This document shows, piece after piece, positions 1-10,069 of a stretch of DNA of 47,591 bases. The translations under genes were made by a program, and so were the position numbers. The notes under the pieces are model-generated. The model was given only the letters and a program-made list of their open reading frames with translations. It did no database searches and was not told the DNA's origin. Every line of letters begins with the position of its first letter. Position 1 is the stretch's first letter. The stretch is from the UHGV virus genome UHGV-1376410. One strand, given 5' to 3'. Origin of the DNA: a virus.

Positions 1-1
1 G

Positions 2-79
2 TACTTCTGCCGCGTGATGGATTCGGCAACCAGTCCTGATTACGTTGACTCCACCAAGTGTATTGTTACCGTTACGTAA
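2..79 (+). CDS. 3' end of an unidentified + strand ORF (partial, runs off the window start)
   Basis: Open frame from the window edge to TAA at 77-79, followed immediately by a terminator hairpin. Confidence 0.3.
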   Translation, partial: YFCRVMDSATSPDYVDSTKCIVTVT

Positions 80-80
80 T

Positions 81-110
81 AAAAAAAACCCCCGAAAGGG
101 GGTTTATTCT
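81..110. terminator. Rho-independent terminator (bidirectional)
   Basis: A-run, CCCCC-GAAA-GGGGG hairpin, then T-rich tail. Confidence 0.7.
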
Positions 111-304
111 GTTCTGACATATCTAAAAAACAACTTATCTTGAGATATCATCTTTAATTTGCCATCTCGCTCCATTCTTCTTGCTATCCTCCGCATGTTA
201 CCATGCGAAGATTTAAATTTATGGACATAAATCCAGCCGTAATATTCAATCATTTCGTTCACATGGCTTTCTTTTTTTATTTTATGAATGGCTCTCATTA
301 TCAC
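104..304 (-). CDS. hypothetical small protein
   Basis: ORF only; basic 66-aa product. Confidence 0.3.
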   Translation of the reverse strand: MIMRAIHKIKKESHVNEMIEYYGWIYVHKFKSSHGNMRRIARRMERDGKLKMISQDKLFFRYVRTE

Positions 305-471
305 GCCTTCCTCGTCTTATTTTTAATCGCCAACAAAATCAGATTAGCCATAAACTCAGATCGCTTTAAGTGAATGGCAATCGCGTAATTAATGTCAATG
401 CACTGTCCGGCATAGGCGGATATGACATCAGCATCTGTTTGGTCAACCACCATTGGTTTTCTCCCGCAACA

Positions 472-723
472 TCATACACACTCATCAAGCTGGCGGCGCA
501 ACATGCATAGCGCACCGCGTGGCATTGCCTGGCGACTCACGCCGTCGAAAATCTTCCGGTTGAGGTAATTGGTCACTCGCGGCCTGATAGCCTGCCAGCA
601 CGCCTTAATGCTGCCATTTACCGGGCGGCGCTCGAGCATGGCGAACTTTGCAGATAGTTCCAGCGTCACCAGTGCATCAAGGTATTGCTCGCAGGCATAG
701 CGATTTTCGTTATCCATCATCAT
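472..723 (-). CDS. hypothetical protein
   Basis: ORF abutting the HNH gene (ATGA overlap at 720-723). Confidence 0.4.
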   Translation of the reverse strand: MMMDNENRYACEQYLDALVTLELSAKFAMLERRPVNGSIKACWQAIRPRVTNYLNRKIFDGVSRQAMPRGALCMLRRQLDECV

Positions 724-1205
724 TTACCATGGTTCTCATGAAAATCATACTTAACCTCCGCCTTTCTCCTTGTTTCAGATTCCATATTTAAGTCAGAAAA
801 CAATCCAAGATGAATCTTTACACCATCAACTTTTATGTTTGAGGCCCATTTTTTATGTTGTTTATCCCATGAAACACCAGTAACACCTGATTTGTTTGTC
901 ACCCTGAACTTCATGTTGTGATTATTCTCTTTTGGAGTGACAAGCCTGAGGTTATCTATCTTATCGTTTGTTTTATTGTGGTCTATATGATCAATCTGCA
1001 TTCCGTCAGGAATTTTCCCATTATGCATTTCCCAGATGATGCGATGAACAAGATACTTGACGCCATAGATTCCAACAATCTTATATCCATTGCCTCCTAC
1101 CGCCTTCACCTCGCTTCCGATTTTCACTCTGTTTGAGGTTCTTATCTTCCAGTAAATAGCCCCATCACAATAATAAAAAATATCTGACCAATCAGTTATT
1201 TTCAT
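720..1205 (-). CDS. HNH homing endonuclease with AP2-like DNA-binding domain
   Basis: IDHIDHNKTNDKIDNLRLVT HNH motif; C-terminal GVTGVSW...KW...K AP2-type domain; paralogous to ORFs at 14698 and 34431. Confidence 0.85.
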   Translation of the reverse strand: MKITDWSDIFYYCDGAIYWKIRTSNRVKIGSEVKAVGGNGYKIVGIYGVKYLVHRIIWEMHNGKIPDGMQIDHIDHNKTNDKIDNLRLVTPKENNHNMKFRVTNKSGVTGVSWDKQHKKWASNIKVDGVKIHLGLFSDLNMESETRRKAEVKYDFHENHGK

Positions 1206-1326
1206 CGAATGTCACCCCTACCATTGCAAGTAATTTTTTCGCCATCAACTCGGCCTCATCATAGGTAAACCCGCAATCAACGTACAGGTCAATGTAAAAT
1301 CTCAAATCAGCATCAGTTTCGCTCAT
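1192..1326 (-). CDS. possible 44-aa ORF upstream of HNH
   Basis: ATG at 1326, overlaps the HNH start; no other support. Confidence 0.2.
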   Translation of the reverse strand: MSETDADLRFYIDLYVDCGFTYDEAELMAKKLLAMVGVTFDENN

Positions 1327-1352
1327 CTTATGCGCTCCTTATGGCTTACAGA

Positions 1353-1394
1353 ATCAATCTACGTCAGCTTTGCACGCCCTGTCAATGGTATAAT
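1353..1394. promoter_or_regulatory. Divergent promoter region containing the conserved motif AATCAATCTACGTCA
   Basis: - strand TTGACA(1385-1380)-N18-TAGATT(1361-1356); + strand extended -10 TGGTATAAT (1386-1394) 29 nt before ATG 1423. Confidence 0.5.
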
Positions 1395-1422
1395 TACGTC
1401 ATTATGAAAACAGGATTTAGAC

Positions 1423-2130
1423 ATGAGACAACGCACACCGCTAACAGAAATCGGAGAAATGCGCATCTCCCTGGATGACAAGTCTTTTTTCTTCAAACCA
1501 TCATTTGCGGCGATGAATGAGCTTGGCTCACCAAAAGAGATTGTCGAGCTGTATGCTACGCTTAATGGCTATGAATACGCGGCTGTACTTGGCGCCATTC
1601 AGTCATTGCCATACGGCGCACAGATTCAGGTGGCAAAAATCCTGTCGCGTCCTGCCTATGGCAAGAAAGTGCTCAGCGCTGCCTGCCTCATCATGCAGTC
1701 CTGTTGCGATGATGATATCTCGGTGCTCATTGGATCATGGAAGCCGACTCCGCGCGGTGTTAAGTACGTCACCGGACGAATGCCAGTAAATGACATTATT
1801 ATTATTGCTCGCAACCTGATGGAACATGGCGTCATCGGAAAGTCTCCGCTCAAGGTTCCTCAGCGCTCGGAAAACCAAAAGCGCACAACCAGTGAGTTGA
1901 GAATGTCGGATTACATCATCTCAGCTCGCACCCATTTCGGAATCACCCGCGAGGAAGCCGAAGACCTGACCATGACCGAGTATCAGCAGATGATAAAATC
2001 AAAATACCCGGAACCGGAAGGCATGACGCGCGAGCAGTATGATGCTTCCTATGAGCGGGCCAAACTGAATAAACAGAAACTGAAAGAGAAAGCCGCCAGA
2101 AAGGCCGCTAAAAGCAAAGGAGCAAAATAA
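1423..2130 (+). CDS. tail assembly chaperone (G/GT-like)
   Basis: Immediately upstream of the tape measure with TAATG overlap; basic, Lys-rich C-terminal extension typical of the T-domain. Confidence 0.5.
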   Translation: MRQRTPLTEIGEMRISLDDKSFFFKPSFAAMNELGSPKEIVELYATLNGYEYAAVLGAIQSLPYGAQIQVAKILSRPAYGKKVLSAACLIMQSCCDDDISVLIGSWKPTPRGVKYVTGRMPVNDIIIIARNLMEHGVIGKSPLKVPQRSENQKRTTSELRMSDYIISARTHFGITREEAEDLTMTEYQQMIKSKYPEPEGMTREQYDASYERAKLNKQKLKEKAARKAAKSKGAK

Positions 2131-5100
2131 TGGCAGAAGAAGTTGGCGGCATTGTCTATGAGGTTGGCATTGACACATCTCAGTTAGCAGCTGGAAGTCG
2201 TGAAATAGAGTCGATGCTAAATGACCTCAGTGGGAACATGGGACGGCTCGAGGCCAGTGTAAACAGGACGGAGCGCTCTATAAGCTCAATGGAAGGAACC
2301 ATGTCGAGCCTCACTGGTGTCGCAAAAGGCTTGCTTGCAGCACTTTCCGTGCAACAGGTTGGCGCCTACGCTCAGGCGTGGCAGGATATGAGTAACAAAC
2401 TCTCTAACGCCGTGAGAGATTCGGTTCCGCCGTTTGAAACCCTTGCCGATGTAACTAATCGTGTTTTTGATATCGCGCAGAAAACACGCTCAGGACTTGA
2501 CGCAACGGCCACCTTGTACGCCAGACTTGAGAGGTCTACCAGAAGCTACGGTGTAAGCGTGGAAGACCTGACAAGGCTGACAACAATAATCAATCAGGGT
2601 TTTGTTGTATCAGGAGCGTCAGCTGAGGAGGCGAGCAACGCAATTATACAGCTTGCACAAGGCATGGCATCTGGCGCCCTTCGAGGAGATGAGTTTAACT
2701 CAGTAAACGAGCAGGGAAACCGGCTCATGATAGCTCTTGCCGACTCTCTGGGTGTTGGCATAGGTGAGCTTAGAAATATGGCCGCCCAAGGCAAATTGAC
2801 AACTGATGTTATAGTTAATGGCCTTCTTTCGCAGGGAGACAGTATTGGGAGAGAGTTCGCCAAAACAACTTCTACCATCAGCCAGTCTCTGGAGATAGCC
2901 GGAAATAACGTTGCAAGATTCTTTGGGGAAAACGCAACGGTAAAAACAGGCGTAAAAATCTTTAGCGATTTAGTGATACTGGCAAGTGAAAACATTCAGG
3001 CCCTCGGCACAGCACTAACCATTGTAGCTGGCGTAATGGGGAGCCGTTATGTTGGCGCGCTGGCAATGTCCACTGCCGCGAAAATATCAGATATAGCGGC
3101 ATCAAGACAGCGATTAATAGCTGAGAATCAGCAGGCACAATCTGCACTCTTTGCCGCCAATGCCGCCCGGAGAAAAGCTTTCGCTGATAAAGAGGCGGCG
3201 CTAACAGCTTTGTCGGTGGCCAAGGCTGAATATGAGGCCGCCAAAGGCAGCGCCGCAGAGATGCTGGCGCTTGATGCTCTGGTTGCAGCAAAATCAAGAG
3301 CTAGAGCAGCGTCACTATCCCTTGCTCAGGCTGAAAACGCACAGGCTACGGCATCAGCGAGAGCAGCATCCGCGGCAAGAGCTGCATCGGTAGGAATTGG
3401 CCTTGCCAGAGGTGCGCTTGCATTGATAGGCGGGCCAGCAGGCGCGGCGATGTTGGCGGCGGGGGCAATATTTTACTTTTGGCAGAAAGCACAGCAAGCC
3501 AGAGAAGAAGCAATCCGCTTTGCTGATGGCCTGGATGAAGTTAATGCCTCAATGAAGGAGATGAACAACACCAAGCTCAGGGGGGTGATAGCTGACACCA
3601 ATGTTTCAATTAGGGCGCAAGAGGAAGCTATTAGCGATCTGAAGGACACCATTTCAGACCTGCAATCCGATTACGAGAAATATACAACGCTTGCAAGAAA
3701 GTACGGGGTTGCCGAAGATCAAAATAATGGGTTCGTGATTAAGGCAACGGATGCCGCAGACCAGTTAGCTAAAAAGCGTAGGGATTTAGCTGATGCTGAG
3801 GAAAAACTAGCAAGAACTCAGGAAACAGCAGCCGAAGCAAGCAGGACCCTTACAAACAACATGCTCACGTCCATGGGTGTGCATGATGGTCTGATTGAGA
3901 AAGGTTCGACTCTTGAGAGAGTGCAGGGCGCTGTAGCAAGAGCATTTGGCCTGACTGCCGATGAGATAAACCGAGCAAATCAGGCAGGCCAAAACTTCAA
4001 CCCAAAATCCTTGCAAGTGTCGCCCCCAACAGAAGAAGCTGACAAGATAATCCTCAATCTTGAGGAGCAAAACCAACTTTTAAAAATACAGGATGAAAGA
4101 CAAAGGGCAGTAACAAAGGCGAGAATGGAGGCAGCTAAGGTAACTGATAACCCCAATCAGATAGCCAGAGCTGGTGAGCTTGCAGGGCAGATATATGATT
4201 TAAATGAGGCTGAGAAAGCAAGAGAAAAAGCGCAAAATGATTCTCAGTCAGCGGCCAACAAGGCAGCCACAGAGCAGGAGAATATCGCCAATAAACTTGA
4301 GCAGCTTCGCCAGGAGTCACTGCTTACCGCTGAAAGTACAAGAGAGCTTAGCCGCGAACAGTCAATACTGGCTGCTCAGCAATCCCTTGGCAAGGGGGCC
4401 ACTCAGGAGCAGATTAATCTTGCCGGGCAATATGCGGCTAAGGCATGGGATAATGCCAACGCGATCAAAGCTCAGGCAGAGGCAGAGAAAAAAAGAGTCG
4501 AGGCTGTCAAGGGGTTCGCTGCATTAAAATCGCAGACATCCCCAATGTTTGCCGTTGAAACAAATTATCAGAAGGATTTAGCAGCGCTCAATGCTTACGC
4601 AGTAGCTTACCCGCAAAAGATAGCGGAGGTTGAGCAGGCTAGAGCAGCTATTGAGGAGCAATATCGACAGCAGCGCCTTGATGCCATGTGGCAGGAGTGG
4701 AGCCAGCAGAATGCGGCTACGCAAGCAGCAGCTGCTGCATTTGATGCTTTTGGGCAAACAGCAAGCAATGCCTTGACCGGTGTTCTGACTGGCTCAATGT
4801 CTGTTAGCGAGGCGCTACAGTCAATAGGGAGTAATGTGTTAAATGCGGTTATTAACTCTTTCGTTCAGATGGGTGTGGAGTGGCTTAAATCAGTAATAAT
4901 GGGACAGGCAGGAATGGCAGCAGCATCTGCCGCAACCGCCGCTCAGGCGGCAGGAATAGCAGCGGCTATGGCGCCGGCAGCGGCAATGACCTCGCTTGCC
5001 ACGGCTGGCGCTAACGCAATCCCTGCACAGGCTGGCATTGTTTCCACCGTTGGTGTGGCTAAAGCCATGTCTGTTGCTGGAGCATTGAAAAATGGTGGCC

Positions 5101-5429
5101 CTGCACAGGCTGGCTCTATGTATCAGGTTGGCGAGAACAACCTGCCTGAAATCTTCCAGGCCAGCAATGGCAATCAGTACATGATACCTGGCGACAACGG
5201 AAAGGTTATCAGCAACAAAGACCTTAGCGGCGGTTCTTCTGGTGGTGGCTTGATTATAAATAACAATGTTTATAATAATTCAAGTGGAGCAACAGCAACT
5301 ACCAGTGCGAGAGACAATGGGGATGGCTCGATTACAATTGAAACAATCGTCGCAGATATAGACAATGGAGGCGCTGTTGGGCAGGCAATTTCAAGGAATT
5401 ACAGCACCAACAGAAGAGCTACAGAGTAA
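2130..5429 (+). CDS. tail tape measure protein
   Basis: 1099 aa, Ala/Gln-rich coiled coil, hydrophobic Ala/Gly-rich segments, position in the tail module. Confidence 0.9.
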   Translation: MAEEVGGIVYEVGIDTSQLAAGSREIESMLNDLSGNMGRLEASVNRTERSISSMEGTMSSLTGVAKGLLAALSVQQVGAYAQAWQDMSNKLSNAVRDSVPPFETLADVTNRVFDIAQKTRSGLDATATLYARLERSTRSYGVSVEDLTRLTTIINQGFVVSGASAEEASNAIIQLAQGMASGALRGDEFNSVNEQGNRLMIALADSLGVGIGELRNMAAQGKLTTDVIVNGLLSQGDSIGREFAKTTSTISQSLEIAGNNVARFFGENATVKTGVKIFSDLVILASENIQALGTALTIVAGVMGSRYVGALAMSTAAKISDIAASRQRLIAENQQAQSALFAANAARRKAFADKEAALTALSVAKAEYEAAKGSAAEMLALDALVAAKSRARAASLSLAQAENAQATASARAASAARAASVGIGLARGALALIGGPAGAAMLAAGAIFYFWQKAQQAREEAIRFADGLDEVNASMKEMNNTKLRGVIADTNVSIRAQEEAISDLKDTISDLQSDYEKYTTLARKYGVAEDQNNGFVIKATDAADQLAKKRRDLADAEEKLARTQETAAEASRTLTNNMLTSMGVHDGLIEKGSTLERVQGAVARAFGLTADEINRANQAGQNFNPKSLQVSPPTEEADKIILNLEEQNQLLKIQDERQRAVTKARMEAAKVTDNPNQIARAGELAGQIYDLNEAEKAREKAQNDSQSAANKAATEQENIANKLEQLRQESLLTAESTRELSREQSILAAQQSLGKGATQEQINLAGQYAAKAWDNANAIKAQAEAEKKRVEAVKGFAALKSQTSPMFAVETNYQKDLAALNAYAVAYPQKIAEVEQARAAIEEQYRQQRLDAMWQEWSQQNAATQAAAAAFDAFGQTASNALTGVLTGSMSVSEALQSIGSNVLNAVINSFVQMGVEWLKSVIMGQAGMAAASAATAAQAAGIAAAMAPAAAMTSLATAGANAIPAQAGIVSTVGVAKAMSVAGALKNGGPAQAGSMYQVGENNLPEIFQASNGNQYMIPGDNGKVISNKDLSGGSSGGGLIINNNVYNNSSGATATTSARDNGDGSITIETIVADIDNGGAVGQAISRNYSTNRRATE

Positions 5430-5456
5430 AAAAAGCCCCTTACGGGGCTTCTTTCA
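5427..5456. terminator. Rho-independent terminator (bidirectional)
   Basis: AAGCCCC-TTAC-GGGGCTT hairpin flanked by an A-run and a T-rich tail. Confidence 0.7.
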
Positions 5457-6120
5457 TTATCTCATTCATAAGTTCTGGTGAATATTTAAGCCACTCCGTT
5501 GCGCCGTTAAAGCCTTTAAAACCACTGGATTCGTATTTCTTATGATAATAATTTTCAATTTTACGAGCCTTAACTCCATCTGTTTTTATTTTATGTATGA
5601 GATCAAAATCAAATGGAGTGACTATCTTCAAGTGCCTGACCCTATTTTTTATATCCTTTGTAACGCCAACTTTTATCGAGCCCTCTCCCATCAAGAAGTA
5701 CACAAAAGAAACTCTGTTTCTATCAAATCCCCTAACTGCGCAAGATGGGCATCCTTTTCCAGATATGTGCGCGGATGGAGTCTGCTTGAAATCACCATGC
5801 TTCATGCATGTTATTGTCACAGGCGTGTGGTTATTTTTATATTTAACATTATTATAACCATATTTATCCCCATGGATAGAAATTGCCTTGCTGACAAATC
5901 CAGTGGAGTTCATTTTCTTCTTTCCTGAACACATGGAACAGCCAAATCCAGCAAGGTGACTATAAGCCCTTTGCATAAACTCACCGTGGTATCGGCATGT
6001 TATAGATACTTTGTCATGAATTTTGTTAAATTTTACAAGATTGTAGTCATACTTGTTGCCGTGAACATCTTTGGCTCTAGAAATGAATTCTTCAATGGTG
6101 ATCTTTGCTGGCATAAACAA
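5440..6120 (-). CDS. free-standing homing endonuclease-like protein (tandem Zn-ribbon repeats + T5orf172/GIY-YIG-like domain)
   Basis: Two about-55-aa repeats (HG.KYDY...ITC..HG.F.Q....H..G.GC..C); C-terminal VYFLMGEGSIKVGVTKDIKNRVRHL region; opposite orientation inside the tail operon. Confidence 0.65.
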   Translation of the reverse strand: MFMPAKITIEEFISRAKDVHGNKYDYNLVKFNKIHDKVSITCRYHGEFMQRAYSHLAGFGCSMCSGKKKMNSTGFVSKAISIHGDKYGYNNVKYKNNHTPVTITCMKHGDFKQTPSAHISGKGCPSCAVRGFDRNRVSFVYFLMGEGSIKVGVTKDIKNRVRHLKIVTPFDFDLIHKIKTDGVKARKIENYYHKKYESSGFKGFNGATEWLKYSPELMNEIMKEAP

Positions 6121-6131
6121 CCTCGTAGCAG

Positions 6132-6147
6132 GTTCGTAGATTGAGGG
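6132..6147. promoter_or_regulatory. Copy of the conserved motif (GTTCGTAGATTGAGGG on the + strand)
   Basis: Between the - strand endonuclease gene start and the + strand minor tail gene; TAGATT -10-like hexamer on the + strand. Confidence 0.4.
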
Positions 6148-6202
6148 TGCAGCAGGATGTCTACGTTCATCTTTTCGTCTGGCCGGACTAGCTGCACTGT
6201 GA

Positions 6203-6721
6203 TTGTACCATCAACGTGCTAAAATACAACAATACAAAATGGAGACCGCTATGGCTATCCCTTACCCATCATGGCTTCCGCTGGCGCAGCGGGCCAGCAA
6301 GAACATGACGACTCAAACCCCATTCCGCAGCGATCAGCCTGCGGTTGGGGCGCCAATATTTCAAAAGTTAACTACCGATGTTGCAGTAACATGGAGTTTG
6401 ACGTGGGTTTTTACTCTGGAGCAAGACCGGGCTTTCATGCAGTGGTTAAGGAGTCCCAAGTATCTCAATAAATGCAACGAATGGTTTACAATGGATGTTG
6501 ATCTTGGGGGTAGTGGAAGACAAAACCAGACATTGCATTTTACTGACTATCCCGTTCAAACCAGCATCAATGGTGGCGTCGTAACATGGACAGGAAACGT
6601 GATAGCAAAAACGTTAAATAATAGTGATGATGGCTCTGATGATATTATCGTTGAATATCCACCAAGCCAAAGATTGTGGCTCGATGAAATTGTTAACAGA
6701 GACTGGCCGGAGTATCCATAA
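6203..6721 (+). CDS. minor tail protein (distal tail/M-like position)
   Basis: Gene order after the tape measure; alternative starts at 6239 or 6251. Confidence 0.5.
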   Translation: MYHQRAKIQQYKMETAMAIPYPSWLPLAQRASKNMTTQTPFRSDQPAVGAPIFQKLTTDVAVTWSLTWVFTLEQDRAFMQWLRSPKYLNKCNEWFTMDVDLGGSGRQNQTLHFTDYPVQTSINGGVVTWTGNVIAKTLNNSDDGSDDIIVEYPPSQRLWLDEIVNRDWPEYP

Positions 6722-7191
6722 TGCCAACATTGCGTGAATACCAGTCGAAAAGACCAAACTGGAAACTGTATGACACCATAACCTTTTATCATTCTTCATT
6801 TGGTTATGTCCGGCTAGTTGGCAATGAGTTTTCTGATATTGTACTTGGCGGTCATACTTACCAGCCAGTGCGCATGGATGTAACCAGAAGCCAGCAATCG
6901 AACACACCGGTAATCAATGCCACGCTGAAGTTTGCGCGACTGGCTAATGACTTTAAGCAATATTTAAAGTTATGGTCAGGTTCTGGACGCATTGAGCCTA
7001 TCACTGCGTTATACCAGCGTTTTGACGAGACCGACAAAGACACACCATTAAAACCATATACGCTTTATGTGAACGATGTGACGCTTGATCAGTCTGATGT
7101 AACTGTCTCCATCTCCATAAAAAACCCAATTAATGGCAACGTGGCAAAACTTTATGACATCACAGAATTTCCCGGACTGCGTACCGTTTGA
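6721..7191 (+). CDS. minor tail protein (L-like position)
   Basis: Gene order; ATGA overlap with the upstream gene. Confidence 0.5.
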   Translation: MPTLREYQSKRPNWKLYDTITFYHSSFGYVRLVGNEFSDIVLGGHTYQPVRMDVTRSQQSNTPVINATLKFARLANDFKQYLKLWSGSGRIEPITALYQRFDETDKDTPLKPYTLYVNDVTLDQSDVTVSISIKNPINGNVAKLYDITEFPGLRTV

Positions 7192-7612
7192 CGATTTTGA
7201 AAGGATGATGCTTGGAAAGCCATACGTCGACAGATGTTGTCACGTTGATGCAGTGGACTGCTGGGGTTTGGTGGTGCTGTTCTATCGCCTTTGCATGAAT
7301 GTTAATGTCCATCATGATAATTCATATTCAAGTGGCGGCGATTTTGTCACTTGTTTCAATGGAGAAGTTTCATTCTGGAAAGATACCGAACAGCCAAAAG
7401 CTGGCGATGTGGTGGTTGCCTATAGAGGGAGTCATCCGGTACATGTCGCGCTATGGTGGGGGCGTGATAAAATACTGCATGCGCGAGAGAAAACGGCAGT
7501 CAAGACAGACCGCCTTAAAACACTCGAAAAATTATCAACAAAATTAAGGTTCCTGACTTATGCCGGTTATTCACATTCAGAAGATGCCAGGTGTTCCAAA
7601 AGAGACGGGTAA
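7133..7612 (+). CDS. tail assembly protein K-like, NlpC/P60 peptidase fold
   Basis: VDCWGLVV (catalytic Cys) and HVALWWG (His); likely start at 7154. Confidence 0.75.
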   Translation: MATWQNFMTSQNFPDCVPFDDFERMMLGKPYVDRCCHVDAVDCWGLVVLFYRLCMNVNVHHDNSYSSGGDFVTCFNGEVSFWKDTEQPKAGDVVVAYRGSHPVHVALWWGRDKILHAREKTAVKTDRLKTLEKLSTKLRFLTYAGYSHSEDARCSKRDG

Positions 7613-10040
7613 TGTCCCTGCTGGCACTAATCTGTGGAGATGGCTGGAGAATTCCGGCCTTCCATCTGATATCAGGATTGCACTGAATGGCCGCATTTTT
7701 GGCCCTGATGATGAATTGTCGATATCGTTAAAGCAAAACGATATTGTTAACATTTACTGTCAGCCTCGCGGCGCCATTGGCGACCTTATCAGCACGATAC
7801 TCAAGCCTGTAACTAAGGTTCTTTCTTTTCTGCTGCCAAAAGCATCAACGCCATCAACCAGCACCGGCACGACTGTTGAATCACCCAATAACAGCCTGAA
7901 ATCGCAAACCAATATTGCGCGAAACGGAGAGGCAAGACCTGACAACTTCGGTCAGGTAAGGGCATTTCCAGACCTGATTCAGGAATCGCTTTTTGAATAC
8001 ATTGACGATCTGAAGTACGTCACCGAGTTCATGAATTTTGGCCTTGGGAAATATACCATTTCATCGGTTCGCTATGCGGAAACTAACCTTGGCTCTCTGC
8101 CAGGCGCCACTCATGTCATCTACAATCCAGGTGATGTGATTGGACAAATCATTGAGCCTTATCAGTTCGACGGGCTTGATGGTCAGGAGGTTCCAGGGCT
8201 AAACGAATCGGATACAACTCCTGTTGAGTCTGCAACAACAACATCTGTTACCAGCGGTGATTATGCTGGCGGTCAGCTGTTAATGGTCATACCAAAAAAT
8301 ACTGATTTTGATTACTTTATGGGGCTATCTTTGCCACACTCAGTAACATTAACAATAAATATTACTTACAATACAACATCTGGCCCTGTAACAAAAAATA
8401 TCGAACTCAGCGGCAACATCATTTCAGCTAAGGAAACTGAGACAGGCGTCATTCCTGATATTCAGTATTTTTATAATTTCACCTTCAATAACCTGACTGG
8501 CGCAAATATTGGCAACCTGAGCGGCGCAACCATCAACAATACTTATTTCCAGATTGTGGATAATGAGGCGCTCGTTGTTGGCCCATATGTTGGAGCCGTG
8601 GAATCGACGCAGGTATGGGTTCATGTTCAGTCTGAGCTTGGGCCAACCAGTGGCACGGCGGATTATCTGATCAAGGTATGGGCGGTTGATGATAATGGAG
8701 ACGCCATTCCAGGAACCGAGGAGCAGCTTGCAGACAGTATTGACAACCCATTCAATCAGACAACCAAAAACTATTATCGCACGTATAAGTTAACTCCTGC
8801 TTATGGGCTGGCTAAGTATGCCATCAGCATTGAAAGGACAAACAACTCAAACTCTGGCAACCGCGTAACGTTGCAGGCGGCGCATGCCATCAACATCCGC
8901 GAGAATGTAGTTTATCCTGATGACACCCTTGTTAAAGTCACGGTGAAGGCTACGCTTCAGCCAACATCAGTTACTGAGCGCAAATATAATGCGCTGATCA
9001 CCCGCTGGACTATTGGATACAACAGAACAGCCGGGACAGTCGACTATACGTTAAGTCCATCAAGAAGTTTCGCAGATTCAGTGCTGCATAACTGGCTTAT
9101 TACCGCTGGTCAGCCTGAAAGCACCATTGACGTGGGAAGGCTCTATGAAATAGCTGATGCGCTGCCTGATGAGCGCCTTGGGTATTTTGATTACACCTTT
9201 GACGATGAGGATAAGTCCATTGGTGAGCGAATTCAGACCATCTGTGATGCAGCTCGCGTAACGGTTTTTTGGGATGATGGTGTCTTGTCTTTCTCAAGGG
9301 ATGAGGAAAAATCAACTCCTGAAACCGTATTCAATACCAGAAACACAAAGGCCGATGGCTATAAAATGTCTTATGACATGACTTTGCCGGGGTCATATGA
9401 TGGCGTAAGTGTTCAGTACCGCGACCCAAACACCAACAAACAGGCTTATGTTTATTATAAAGTTGGCACTTCTGGTATAGAGCCGGGAGAGCCAACCAAA
9501 CCGAAAAAATTCGACATGCTATATGTTCGAAACCTGTATCAGGCAACAGACCGGGCCATGCTTGAGTGCAACCGTCTCATGTACTCACGCCGTGGAATGG
9601 AGATAAAAGCACTTGCTGATGGTGAGTGGGTGAACGTTGGCGATATGATTTCTGTTGTCGACATTTATGATTCAGTGCAGCAGACGGGCGTTATCCGATC
9701 AAGGTCTGGAAACGTATTTACCACCAGTGAACAGCTCACGGCAGGAAGCGGCCTATTTGTGGTTATCACCGGTGCCAATGGGAATGTATCAGAACGCCTT
9801 ACCTGCACTATTACCGGTTTGAACACGTTCGAGTGCGCATTGCCATCTGACTTCGAGTTAAACATTTTTGACGGTGTTAATGTTCAGTCGGAATCAAGAT
9901 ATGCTATCTCCACAGAGGTTGAGCTTGACTCGACGTTATGGACAGTCAGCCAGAAAACCCCAGGTACAGATGGCACAGTGTCTCTCACAGTAACTGAGTA
10001 CAATGACGCCATGTACGCCTACACCAACCCTGTTGCATGA
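7560..10040 (+). CDS. tail tip / host-specificity protein (possibly an I-like N-terminal region fused to a J-like body)
   Basis: 826 aa, follows the K-like gene, Thr/Ser-rich beta-type sequence. Confidence 0.55.
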   Translation: MPVIHIQKMPGVPKETGNVPAGTNLWRWLENSGLPSDIRIALNGRIFGPDDELSISLKQNDIVNIYCQPRGAIGDLISTILKPVTKVLSFLLPKASTPSTSTGTTVESPNNSLKSQTNIARNGEARPDNFGQVRAFPDLIQESLFEYIDDLKYVTEFMNFGLGKYTISSVRYAETNLGSLPGATHVIYNPGDVIGQIIEPYQFDGLDGQEVPGLNESDTTPVESATTTSVTSGDYAGGQLLMVIPKNTDFDYFMGLSLPHSVTLTINITYNTTSGPVTKNIELSGNIISAKETETGVIPDIQYFYNFTFNNLTGANIGNLSGATINNTYFQIVDNEALVVGPYVGAVESTQVWVHVQSELGPTSGTADYLIKVWAVDDNGDAIPGTEEQLADSIDNPFNQTTKNYYRTYKLTPAYGLAKYAISIERTNNSNSGNRVTLQAAHAINIRENVVYPDDTLVKVTVKATLQPTSVTERKYNALITRWTIGYNRTAGTVDYTLSPSRSFADSVLHNWLITAGQPESTIDVGRLYEIADALPDERLGYFDYTFDDEDKSIGERIQTICDAARVTVFWDDGVLSFSRDEEKSTPETVFNTRNTKADGYKMSYDMTLPGSYDGVSVQYRDPNTNKQAYVYYKVGTSGIEPGEPTKPKKFDMLYVRNLYQATDRAMLECNRLMYSRRGMEIKALADGEWVNVGDMISVVDIYDSVQQTGVIRSRSGNVFTTSEQLTAGSGLFVVITGANGNVSERLTCTITGLNTFECALPSDFELNIFDGVNVQSESRYAISTEVELDSTLWTVSQKTPGTDGTVSLTVTEYNDAMYAYTNPVA

Positions 10041-10069
10041 TACAATAGGGCAATTAATGATTATGGAGA

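Noticed and set aside
1486-1492. TTTTTTC slippery-like heptamer in the tail assembly chaperone gene
   Set aside because: It lies at codon about 22, far from the 3' end where G/GT -1 frameshifts occur. No suitable overlapping downstream frame.
2594-4527. Several 60-130-aa ORFs on both strands inside the tape-measure gene
   Set aside because: Shadow ORFs in an Ala/Gln-rich GC-biased gene. The 1099-aa frame is continuous and far better supported.
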